The notes under the pieces: generated by a model
What the model was told of the DNA's origin: nothing
What the model saw: only the letters and a program-made list of their open reading frames with translations
The model's database searches: none
Origin: Octopus vulgaris
Lineage: Eukaryota
Direction: 5' to 3'
DNA: 64,000 bases
Assembly (NCBI GenBank): GCA_951406725.2
Contig: OX597820.1
Coordinates: 85,994,001-86,058,000, forward strand
Shown: positions 29,793-41,118 of the stretch, one piece after another
How the letters are laid out: every line of letters starts with the position of its first letter
Numbering within the stretch: the stretch's first letter is position 1
Translations under genes and position numbers: made by a program

Positions 29793-30392
29793 ATGTGTAC
29801 CTATGCATACCTACACATACACACATATATATATACACATACAAATACAGACCCATTCCCTAATTTTAATTTTATTATCTTCGTTTATTACTTTTGTTAT
29901 CTTTGGCCGCTTGGTCACAAACATCTTGGCTATAACAGCCAGTCCATTTATCCGTCTACTGGAAAACAAGCACTCATTCACTCACGCACACTCTTTAGCA
30001 CGTACACTCACTCATTCGTACACTCATACACATACACGCACGCACGCGTTATATTCATACATACATACATCTACATACATTCACGTATATACACATACGT
30101 ACGCGTACCTACAGATTCATGTCTACACTCTTAGAAGGCTAGTCTATACATATACAGCAATAAATATAAATACACACACATACACGTACACCTACATACA
30201 AATACATACATGTATATATATATATATATATTCATACTTACATGCATACTCAAAAAATAAGTAAATAGTAAAATATATATACGCGCAGTTATTCATACAT
30301 GCATACTCAAAAAATAAATAATAAATATTAAGTATATGTACGTGCAGTTACCTATTATATAGACGGATACATACATATAAACTTACACACAT

Positions 30393-30439
<47 letters not shown>

Positions 30440-30523
30440 TAAACAGTAAAAATAATTACAGACATGGACAAGAACATGAAACGCCACAGAGACGACACAA
30501 GAACCACAGGACGGGACATTCGA

Positions 30524-30590
30524 AGCCCTCAGTCATCAGTCAAGAACCAGATCATCTTAGCAATTTCGGCTGATTAATCTTGAGATTGCT
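30524..30590 (-). ncRNA. Candidate non-circularly permuted hammerhead ribozyme (copy 1)
   Basis: AGCAAUC-UCAAGA-uuaa-UCAGCC-GAAAUUGCU-13 nt-UCUUGA-CUGAUGA-CUGAGGGCU. Confidence 0.55.
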
Positions 30591-31303
30591 CCGATATGGC
30601 CAGCCCGCCACGGGAAATCTAAGCCAAGTGCATTAGATCCCCTGGAAGAAAGCTTCGAATGTATACAACACGAGGACGGAAAACGAACGAAGTACACGAA
30701 CAAAAATACAGAATACGTGACAACAATAAGAATACAAAAACGTAAAAACAATAACGGTAAAAATAAAGTATAAAAAATAAACAACAAAACAAAACCAGGA
30801 CGTAGGACAAGGGTCTTTCGACAGGACGAATTGAGCATGGGGCTGGCTTATGAAGTTGTGCCTAATGGCCACAGGGAGACGAACAAGTACGTGTTGCTTC
30901 AACGGCTGCTGGAACGAAAAGAGCGTTCAACAGCGGCTAGCGGTCACGTGAGAACAAAAGACAAGAGAAAGGGACAGATGAAAAGAGAGAGAAGGTGGAC
31001 GAGGGAGGAGAAGAAAGAGACAGATCGAGGGGGCTGGAGGTGAGAGAGATAGAGAAACGTAGAAGGGGGGGGGAAACGGATGGAGAGGGAAAGAAAGGAG
31101 GGGGAATAAGGGAGGAGAGAGAGAGAGAAAGAAAGATTAAGAGCCGTATCAATGCTTGAGAAAAAAATATACTTATCGTATAAGGACAATTGTGGATACG
31201 TAGCCGCCGATTATATAGGTAAACAGTAAAAATAATTACAGACATGGACAAGAACATGAAACGCCACAGAGACGACACAAGAACCACAGGACGGGACATT
31301 CGA

Positions 31304-31370
31304 AGCCCTCAGTCATCAGTCAAGAACCAGATCATCTTAGCAATTTCGGCTGATTAATCTTGAGATTGCT
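31304..31370 (-). ncRNA. Candidate non-circularly permuted hammerhead ribozyme (copy 2)
   Basis: Identical to copy 1, 780 nt away. Confidence 0.55.
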
Positions 31371-31441
31371 CCGATATGGCCAGCCCGCCACGGGAAATCT
31401 AAGCCAAGTGCATTAGATCCCCTGGAAGAAAGCTTACTCGC

Positions 31442-31504
<63 letters not shown>

Positions 31505-31642
31505 CACACACATACATATACCTATATACATGCATATATACACATACATATATATACACATCTACAATTTGTATCCACACTCACATACCTGCACATACAC
31601 ATAACTCTACATACCTACATATACATCGACATACTCGCGTAC

Positions 31643-34048
31643 ACTCGGGAGGATATTGAAGAGCAGTGGGCCTCGGAAGCCCAGGCTATCACAGAATCTT
31701 GTCCTACATCTTGATGGCAGGTTTGGAGTCCTAGGCACCACGCAGTGGCGCCCAGTTCTGGCATTTGTGTAACTCTCGATGCCAAAGTTCAGGACACTTC
31801 CCTCCAGGATCTTCCAGATGTATATTATGGCATATCTTTCCCGCCTACGCTCCAGGGAGTATAATTTTAATCTCTTGAGTCTTTCCCAGTAGCTTACATT
31901 CTGCATAGAGGCTATCTTCTTTGTGTAGCTTCGTTGGATCGCCTCAAGTTCTGTGATCAACTTGACACTGGATGGTGACCATAGCTGAGAGCAATAGTCA
32001 AAGTGGCTTAGGACAAGTGTCTTCCAGAGGACCATCATGGTTTCTTGTTCTCTTGTTCTAAAGGTTCTAAGAATCCAGCCAGCCAGCCGTCTACATTTCA
32101 CTGTCAGTTTAGCAACATGTACATGAAAGGTCGCGTCATCACTCATGGTCACGCACTGATTGTGCCTCTGGGATTGCAATCCCTCCGGGTCCAGTGTATT
32201 CATTGGGTATTGCATTCAGTTTTGCATGCTGATAGTATAAAGCTTGAAACTTTCCAGCATTGAACTGCATGCTATTCTTTTCAGCCCACTTGTATATTTC
32301 GTCCAGCTCACATTGCAGGTTTTTAGTGTCCTCAGGGTTCTGTATTGCCTGTGAAACTTTTGTATCATCTGCATAACTTGTGATCGTGGATCTCTGCGTG
32401 GCTGAGGGCATGTCTGAGAGGGCCATTATGAACAGTAGTGGTCCCAAAACAGTGCCCTGTGGAACACCACTTATTATTTGCGTGTTAATGGAAGTGGCCC
32501 CATTGGCTACTACCACCTGACTTCTATTCTTCAGAAAGTCGTGAAGCCATTCTCCTAGTTTTCCAACTATGCCAAGATCACGCAGCCTGTGACATATCAT
32601 TCCGTGATCGACTTTATCGAAGGCCTTTGCGAAGTCGAGATATATGACTTCCACATTTGAGTGGTTGAGCAGTTGTTTCAGCACCCAGTCATAGTGCTGC
32701 AGGAGCTGAGTTAAGCAGCTTCTTCCTGGTCGGAAACCATGTTGGGTGTCAGGCAGCAAGTCATTTTCTTCAAGGAAGGTGATTAGTTTCCTTCTGACTA
32801 TTCGTTCCATGACCTTGCTGATGTGTGAGGTCAGAGAGATAGGTCTGTAGTTCTTTGCCTCCGCTCTGCTACCTCCTTTATGAATAGGGCATATTTTACC
32901 TTCCTTCAGTCCCCTTGGAAGTTTGCCAGCTGCAAGGAAGCTCTGAAAGAGGGACTGCAGTGGTCTTGCTAAGACTCTCTTACATACTTTTAGGAGGATT
33001 GCCGGGAATCCATCGGGGCCAGTAGCTGAGTCTATTTTCATTTCATCTATAGCCTTTATTACATCGTCTTCCTTTATCTCGATGTAACTTATCGTCGCCG
33101 CCTCTGATTCTATATCTGCAGTGGTAAAGAAGTCAGTTGGATTGCTGATTTGGAAATGCCCAAGGGGTGGAGTGAAAACACTCTTGAATTGTTCATTCAG
33201 TATTTCACTTACCCTCATTGGTTTTCCTGTGAGTGTGCCATCCTTTTCAAGGAGTGGCCCTATCCTACAGTGCACTGTAGCCGTTTCTTTGGCATACCTG
33301 TAGAAAGCTCTGGGGTTAGTTTTTATGTTGTCTATAGCCCAGGCTTCTTTGTCTGCTCTTTCCTTCTCATGGGAAAGTTGCAGACAATTTTCAATTTCCA
33401 ACAGTTTTATTTTCAGGCGGGACTTTTCACTACTTTCAATTTGTTTGTTTAGGCGATTTGAAATTTTTGTACGCCGTCTCATTAAAATTTTCCTCTCTCT
33501 GGGGATTTTGTTCTTGTGTACAGTGGCCTTTCTCTCTGGGACACATTTGTAGCATATGGCTTGCATTACAGACATGAATTGTTGAAGTATCATGTCGATG
33601 TCCGGCGAGGAGAGACATTCAGGCCAGTTTTGTTTGAGGATCTCTTTCTCAATTTGTTTCCAGTTTGCCTTATTGAAGTTCAAGCTGGAAAGATTCTGAG
33701 GGTTTCTTGTAGGCTGCATGTCCGTGCTCTCTTTTGGCCCGTACATGGTCAGCTCTACCATGTTGTGATCCGAGAGTAGTGTCGGTGTCACTTTCACATT
33801 ATGGATGAGATCCATATTATTTGTGAAGCAGAGATCCAGTGTGTTACCTGCTCTGGTTGGTTGCAGTATTACTTGCTCCATGTACAGGGTGTTGGTGAGG
33901 TTCAGGAGGGACCTCGCCTGTCCACGTTCACATCTTGTCATTCCTGGGAGAGAAAGGCCCTCGGGCCATCTGACATTCGGTAGATTGAAGTCTCCCATGA
34001 GAAGTACACTTATGTGTTGTTCTAATGTGGTTAGAACTTCTTCTATTT
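31643..34048 (-). mobile_element. CR1-group (APE-RT) LINE ORF2, truncated at both ends, one frameshift near 32150
   Basis: ORFs 32139-33998 and 31607-32215: GDFN, PTR.GNTLDL, SDH (APE C-half); YRPISLTS, QHGFRPGRSC, YLDFAKAFDKV, GVPQGTVLGPLLF, YADD (RT); LYSLERRRER. Confidence 0.95.
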
Positions 34049-34049
34049 T

Positions 34050-34056
34050 TAATATA

Positions 34057-34095
<39 letters not shown>

Positions 34096-34320
34096 TTTTT
34101 TATTTATTTATTCTTCTATCTAATTTAACACTGACTCCTTGACCACTCCCCCAAGTATGATATTTTGCACTATGCCTACCCCCAAAAAGTCCCCCACCAA
34201 CACCCCTTTAAACCTGCCTAAATGTATAAATGCCAATACAATTCTTGTTAACTAGCTTCCTGAAGATTTCTCTTGAATGAAACAGTTCTAGTCCTGTAGA
34301 AGCTCCTTCTATATAATAAA
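34050..34320 (+). repeat. Right arm of the hammerhead-bearing inverted repeat
   Basis: Reverse complement of 29039-29345; followed by (TA)n. Confidence 0.9.
34254..34304 (+). ncRNA. Type I hammerhead ribozyme motif
   Basis: agcttc-ctgaaga-tttctcttgaat-gaaa-cag-ttctagtc-ctg-ta-gaagct. Confidence 0.8.
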
Positions 34321-34389
34321 TATATATATATATATATATATGAATTCACACATGCGCATGCATGAATGCATGGATACAGAAACTTTGGA

Positions 34390-34566
34390 GGATGGCACTA
34401 GTCGATTAGACCGATCCCAGTGCTAAGATAGTATTTACATTATAGACCCCGGAAGAAACAAGGCCAAATTCCACCTGGGTGGAATTTGAATTCAGAAGGT
34501 AAAGATGGAGGAAATGCTGCTAAGAATGTAGATGACTGCACTAGCGATTGTGCTAAGTCGCCTCCT
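34390..34566 (-). mobile_element. Decayed tRNA-derived SINE (family of 45944)
   Basis: GGAATTTGAATTCAGAA is the reverse complement of the family B-box region. Confidence 0.6.
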
Positions 34567-34670
34567 AATAAACATGTATAATGTATTGATATTTCTATGT
34601 GTGCGTCTATGAATATCAATCAACAAGCGCACGTGTATGCACAAACATACACACACACACACGCACACAC

Positions 34671-34718
<48 letters not shown>

Positions 34719-35378
34719 ATATGCGCACTCACAAACACGAGGCCTATAAAACGAAAGTGGGTAGAATTTTTTTATAACTGACACCGGTTGCTAAAATTAC
34801 AAATATCGGTAGCACAATACTGCCTCTGTAATAACTCGAATTTTTGATCGTCATTGTACTACTATGCAACGGGTTTCATAGGGAAGCAATCTCCCGTCAT
34901 TTAATTCTTGGCCACGTAGTTGTGCAGGCTATCCGACACTCATAGAAAGTTGCGGGTTTTTCACGGAGATGACAATATTGACCATGACAATGTACACACA
35001 TGCTTCAAGAAAGTGAATGGAAAACCGGCATTGAAGGAAAGCTTGTACGTGGAAGATCATCAGCCGCAAAAGTTCACATGATTCATCAATGACTGGGTTA
35101 ACTGATTCGAGCAAATAACTTAGTCACAGTGAGCTAGCTGTATGACTGCACTGCGATAACACAAGATGGTGGAAAACGTAAGGTATTGGAAAGCGTGTGC
35201 AATGCAGGTGCTGTGGCAGTAAACATAAAATTTGGAGGAGAGAAGTAGGAATGACTGCTTTGATTTGTTGAAAGCCTTTGATACTAATGTTATATTTTTA
35301 CCCCTAGCCAGGTTACAGGTTATGAAGCCTCACCATGAATTAAGGATATGTATGTTTGTATCTACCTATGTAATTATG

Positions 35379-35459
<81 letters not shown>

Positions 35460-35461
<2 letters not shown>

Positions 35462-35940
35462 AGTAATGGTTATCGCCATTTCAATATGGATGTTCCGTAC
35501 GAATCAACATACTACTATTCCTAACCCCAGGATGAAGCCTCCTTCAGCAGGGTTTTCGAAGCAATCTGCACCCGATGCATATTAAAAGCAGGGTGGCATA
35601 TCTCTACCACCTTCCAGCTACGAAGACGGGACCACCAGAACACTAGGTTTCGAGCTATTTGTACTCTTTTTGGTGGTGGACACCCGTCCTAAGAGGTGGC
35701 ACAAATTGCTCCAGCTCGGAATGAATAGAAAAATAAGTGACAACAAGTCTAATCTTGCAACAAGCAAAGCAGCTAGTTCGTAAATCTCTATAAAAGATGA
35801 AATTAGTAATTATATGGAGAAGTAATGTTTAACGCCACTTCAACACGGCTCTTCCATAGCAATCGATCTTACTACCGTTTTTAACCCCAGGGGGAAGCCT
35901 CCCCTAGCTGGTTATTGATGCAATCTGCACTCGATATATA
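35460..35940. repeat. Old Penelope-like repeat, two diverged tandem copies (35460-35582, 35773-35940)
   Basis: Shared AAGTAATG...AACCCCAGG..GAAGCCTCC...GCAATCTGCAC.CGAT. A decayed hammerhead lies between them at 35629-35678 (-). Confidence 0.6.
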
Positions 35941-36097
35941 TTCTAAGTATGGGAATATTTACAATGCTGAAGCCCACCACTAAGAATGAGAACACATGGC
36001 TCAAGACCGGATGGTCTGATGGACCCGTCGTCGTCGTTGGAAGACGGTAGGGGGTTCACTGCCCCGCTTGCAATATATATATATATATATATATATA

Positions 36098-37903
36098 CTA
36101 GCAGTATCGCCCGGTGTTGCTCGGGTTTGTAAGGGAAATAACGATATAAGCATTTTTAGAGAGTTATAGCCAAAAAATAGCAAAAAATGCATTAAAAATG
36201 GGAAAAAAAATTATGCTAAATTTTTTTTTAAATCGTTGACTCATCATAGACATTTTTAGAGAGTTACGTCCCTTATATAATAGCGAAAAAATGCATTAAA
36301 ATGGAAAAAATGATGCTAATTTTTTTTTTTTAATCGTAGACTCATCGTAGACGCGCGCTAATACCCAGAAGGGCTCGATATGAAACACGACTATAAGATA
36401 CCCGCTTTTGGTTAAACTGCACCGCAAAATGTGGGAGTAGTTAGGAATCTAAATCGTAGGAGACAGACACACAACTTCACTTTTATATATAAAGACTAGC
36501 AGTATCGCCCGGCGTTGCTCGGGTTTGTAAGGGAAATAAATATATAAGCATTTTTAGAGAGTTATAGCAAAAAAATAGCAAAAAAATGCATTAAAATGGA
36601 ATAAAAAATGATGGTAATTTTTTTTTTAAATCGTTGACTCATCGTAGACATTTTTAGAGAGTTACTTCCCTTATATAATAGCGAAAAAATGCATTAAAAT
36701 GGAAAAAATGATGGTAATTTTTTTTAAAATCGTAGACTCATCGTAGACGCGCGCTAATACCCAGAAGGGCTCGATATGAATCACGACTATAAGATACCCT
36801 GTTTTGGTTAAACTGCACCGCAAAATGGGGGAGTAGTTAGGAATCTAAATCGTAGGAGACAGACACACAACTTCACTTTTATATATAAACTAGCAGTATC
36901 GCCCGGCGTTGCTCGGGTTTGTAAGGGAAATAACTATATAAGCATTTTTAGAGAGTTACTTCCCTTATAAATTCGGGCTTTCTTAGCCATTTTTGTTTTG
37001 GTGTCTTCAAGCCATGAAGTCGTTGTTCTAAAAGAACGCTGGTTTCCTTCACAACGCATTACGACGTTGATTTCTTTACACTCCCTTCCCCACAGCTTCA
37101 CGAGGGAGGGAAGGGGAGAAGCAAACAGGTGCAGCTGTGAGCGTGGACGCCAACTCCGCCGCCATCGACATACGATGCATTTTATGCATTAAAATGGAAT
37201 AAAAAATGATGTTAAATTATTTTTAAAATCGTAGACTCATCGTTGACGCGCGCTAATAGTCAGACGGGCTCGATATGAATCACGACTATAAGATACCCGA
37301 ATTTGGTTAAACTGCACCGCAAAATGTGGGAGGAGTTAGGAATCTAAATCGAAGGAGACAGACACTCACATAACTAGAGTTTTATATATATAGATATTTG
37401 TGCAACAACTAAAACATTCGGTTGTGCAAATTGTTTGCACAGGAAACCTGCCCTGTGTGGCGGTTTTTGCCGTTTTTGTGGATGTTTCAGCTTTTTTAGC
37501 GATTTCTGTTTTGGCAACTTCAAGCCATGAAGTCGTTGTTCTAAAAGAACGCTGGTCTCCTTGACAACGCTTTACGACGTTGCTTTCCCTACCCTGCCTT
37601 CCCCACAGCTTCACGATGGAGGGAAGAAGGGGGAGAAGCAACACAGGTGCAGGTGTGAGCATGGACGCCAACTCCGCCGCCAATTAAAAAAATATGCGTT
37701 AAAATGGAAAAAAAATGATGTTAAATTATTTTTTAAATCGTAGACTCATTGTAGACGCGCGCTAATACCCAGACGGGCTCGATATGAATCACGACTATAA
37801 GATACCCGAATTTGGTTAAACCGCACCGCAAAATGTGGGAGTAGTTAGGAATCTAAATCGAAGGGGACAGACACTCACACAATTACAGTTTTATATATAT
37901 AGA
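36098..37903 (-). mobile_element. Tandem array of non-autonomous Helitrons (36098-36495, 36496-36889, 36890-37394, partial 37395-37903)
   Basis: On the minus strand the units read 5'-TC(T/TA)TATATATAAAA...CCCGAGCAAC(G/A)CCGGG hairpin-CGATACTG-CTAG-3'. Outer ends lie in an A|T context within (TA)n, with no TSD. Confidence 0.88.
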
Positions 37904-37909
37904 TATACA

Positions 37910-38060
37910 TATATCGGGTGCAGATTGCATCGATAACAGCTCCTGGAGTGAAAAACGGTAGTAACGTCGATTCCTGCGGGACAACCATGTTGAAGTGGAA
38001 GTAAACATTACTTCTCACTATAGCCGCTACTTTCATTTCTTATAGAGATATTCTAACTAG
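37910..38060. repeat. Inverted, diverged copy of 35773-35937
   Basis: ATCGGGTGCAGATTGCATC...AAAAACGGTAGTAA...GTTGAAGTGG..TAAACATTACTTCTC is the reverse complement of the left copy. Confidence 0.8.
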
Positions 38061-38104
38061 AATCTTTAATTGCTGGATATATATATATATATAAATAAAC
38101 CGAT

Positions 38105-38179
<75 letters not shown>

Positions 38180-38812
38180 CGCTACACGCAGTGACTTGTC
38201 AATGACAAAATCAGATTTTGCATGCTGCGAAAACATGGTTTACTTTAGGTCTCACTTCAGCTGAAGTGGAGAATAAACGCTATTTAGTGTAGTATCCATT
38301 AATCAATTACAATATATGTTGTTAAGTGTTTTCTGCACATTTTATGAAAGCAACGCTGTATATTCTTTAAAATACTGCGTATTCTAAGATATGTACAGTT
38401 GTGCGAGGTGGATAATTTGTGGACATTTCGCCAGCTAGAAACAATAGTCTTCCATGTCACACACTTCTGTCTTGAAAATAGAATAAGCTAAAACAATAAA
38501 ACGCTGTCATAAGTCGTAGCTTTGATTATACATCTATTTGATCAAGGGTGGTACGAGTATGAAAAACAAGCTCGGAAACAGAAACAATAGTGATGACTGG
38601 AATGCGATGTAAAATCTGAACTTAGAGTTGCTACACTGTTGTCTGTTTTTTTATGATTTCTTATTGTCGTCAATTTTCCCTTCTAACTCTCTTACTAACT
38701 TATTTAGATGTTTGTTATACGAATGTATTTAGAATGATGGTAATAGATTGATATGTGGGGAACAGGATTTCATTAGAATGAATAATGAAAACGGTATATT
38801 ATTCTTTCCTTC

Positions 38813-39197
38813 TCTAGGCACAAGGCCCGAAATTTTTGAGAAGGGGTCAATCGATTAGATCATCTCAGTACGCAACTGGTACTTAATTTATCGACTCCGA
38901 AAGGATAAAGGGCAAAGTCAACCTCGGCAGAATTTGAACTCAGAACATAAAGACAGACGAAATACCTATTTCTTTACTACCCACAAGGGGCTAAACACAG
39001 AGAGGACAAACAAGGACAGACAAAGAGATTAAGTCGATTACATCGACCCCAGTACGAACTGGTACTTATTTATCAACCTCGAAAGGATGAAAGGCAAAGT
39101 GGAACTCGGTGGAATTTGAACTCAGAACGTAACGACAGACAAAATACGGCTAAGTATTTTCACGGCGTGCTAACGTTTCTGCCAGCTCGCCATCTTT
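38813..39197 (-). mobile_element. tRNA-derived SINE with duplicated core
   Basis: Reverse complement of the 45944-46530 family; two core units. Confidence 0.88.
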
Positions 39198-39440
39198 AAT
39201 AATAATGTTGTTCTTTAGCCCTAGGTCAGTCGTCTTGTAGTCCATCTTTAATCAAAATAATTATCATCCTAGTTTTATCCCAGATATTCTAAGTTTAAAT
39301 GACCCAACAAGTATTCCCATTATTTAGGTTGAATTTCATAAGGATTTAACTGTTGTTGCCTTCAAGAACATCGATTGATTTCTGCTGTTATTCATGTTTC
39401 TGTTCTTTTTGTCATTGTTTCCGTTGTCGTTGTTTTTGAT

Positions 39441-39615
39441 CGAGCTGGCAGAATCGTTAGCACGTAGCACCATTTCGCCCGTCCTCACATTCTGAGTTCA
39501 AAGTCCGCCGAGGTCGATTTTGCCTTTCGAATCGATAAAATAAGTACCAGTTGAACACTGGAGTCGATGTAATCGACTAGTCACCTGCCTCCCAAATTTC
39601 AGGCCTTGTGCCTAT
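39441..39615 (+). mobile_element. tRNA-derived SINE
   Basis: CGAGCTGGCAGAATCGTTAGCAC...TTCTGAGTTCAAA...GATAAAATAAGTACCAG. Confidence 0.85.
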
Positions 39616-40529
39616 ATTAAAAATGATTATTGTTGTCATGGTAACGGTGCTGCTGCTAGTAATGCTGGTGGTGATGAAGATGACGGTATGCGTGTCTACG
39701 AGTGTGTGTGCATGTGTGTGCCTGTTCTTTTTACCTTATTCTTGCTCTCATCCATATAGATCCAAAAGCCTATGGTAATTTGTGTTCTATCCATGACCAT
39801 ATTGTATTTGACGCCTCCAAAAATGTATATAAAACTACACAAACTAACGTGTAGATATATACTTTTCAAGAGTGTCTGTTTTATTTTAGTAAATTTGAGC
39901 TCCTACTTCAAGCACTTTGAAGCAGCTTTGTTGGTTTCCCGTAATGTAAATTATGACGTACAGTCAATAGCGTTCCAGCTGTGAATATCACATTTCTTGT
40001 GATGACTTCGCCTTTTTCATAGCTATGAATTTATAGTAATAACATAAGACTTTAACGGACAATGTTACACTTTTGAGACAGAGATATTAAATTAAATATA
40101 AATAATGGTATAACGGCTTTTGCGTTTCTTTTCTTAGATCCACGCAGGAAGTTGGCTCCAAATAAAGTACTCCAATCGTCATTTTTCGAAACGATTTCAT
40201 AATTTCGAAACGAGTTCAGTCTCCATGTGGGATTGTTCTAATCTCACAGAAGATTCCACAAAATTGTAAATAACAAACATTTAATCAATATATATGGATA
40301 AATTTTAACGTTTTAATTTATCTTTTAGTTCCTTAAACTATAAAGGACATCTTATCTACAAGGAGGTAAATAAGTTATGCCTTATTAAGTGGTAGGATGT
40401 CAAACAATCTTTGGAAACTCTTGATTGTGTTAAATATACTAACATAATATTTTCAAATGTACTGACTAATACCGTGAAACCTCCACGGGTCCTGCTGCAT
40501 TACAGTATTCACTAAGTATACTCTCTCTC

Positions 40530-40749
40530 TCTTACTCTTTTACTTGTTTCAGTCATTTGACTGCGGCCATGCTGGAGCAGCACCTTTTTTTTAATCGAGA
40601 AAATCGACCCCGGGACTTAATCTTTGTAAGCCCAATACTTATTCTATCGGTCTCTTTTGCCGAACCGCTAAGTGACGGGGATATAAACACACCAGCATCG
40701 GTTGTCAAGCAATGCTAGGGGGACAAACACAGACACACAAACATACACG

Positions 40750-40785
<36 letters not shown>

Positions 40786-41086
40786 CATATTTACGACGGG
40801 CTTCTCTCAGTTTCCGTCTACCAAATCCACTCACAAGGCTTTGGTCGGCCCGAGGCTATAGTAGAAGACATACAGTTAAAAATAAGCAACATAAGCAACA
40901 TAACGGTACTGGAGCACCGCCTTTTTTTTAATCGAGCAACCCGACCCCGGGACTTAATCTTTGTAAGCCTAGTACTTATTCTATCGGTCTCTTTTGCCGA
41001 ACCGCTAGGTGACGGGGATTTAAACACACCAGCATCGGTTGTCAAGCAATGCTAGGGGGACAAACACAGACACACAAACATACACG

Positions 41087-41118
<32 letters not shown>

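Larger units (their letters stand above)
30432..31435 (-). mobile_element. Non-coding element: 780-bp unit with identical 224-bp direct terminal repeats (Penelope-like/retrozyme-like)
   Basis: 30432-30655 equals 31212-31435; flanked by (TA)n; no credible ORF; each repeat holds a hammerhead-like motif. Confidence 0.8.

Noticed and set aside
32139-33998. Domesticated or novel stand-alone reverse transcriptase gene
   Set aside because: The ORF starts inside the APE domain, is frameshifted after the RT, and has ordinary CR1-group motifs.
36098-37903. Possible CRISPR-like or satellite array
   Set aside because: Units are ~400-500 bp with Helitron termini, there is no repeat-spacer structure, and the context is eukaryotic.
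40484-40530. Helitron 3' hairpin CCGTGAAACCTCCACGG
   Set aside because: No CTRR at the expected distance and no identifiable 5' end.
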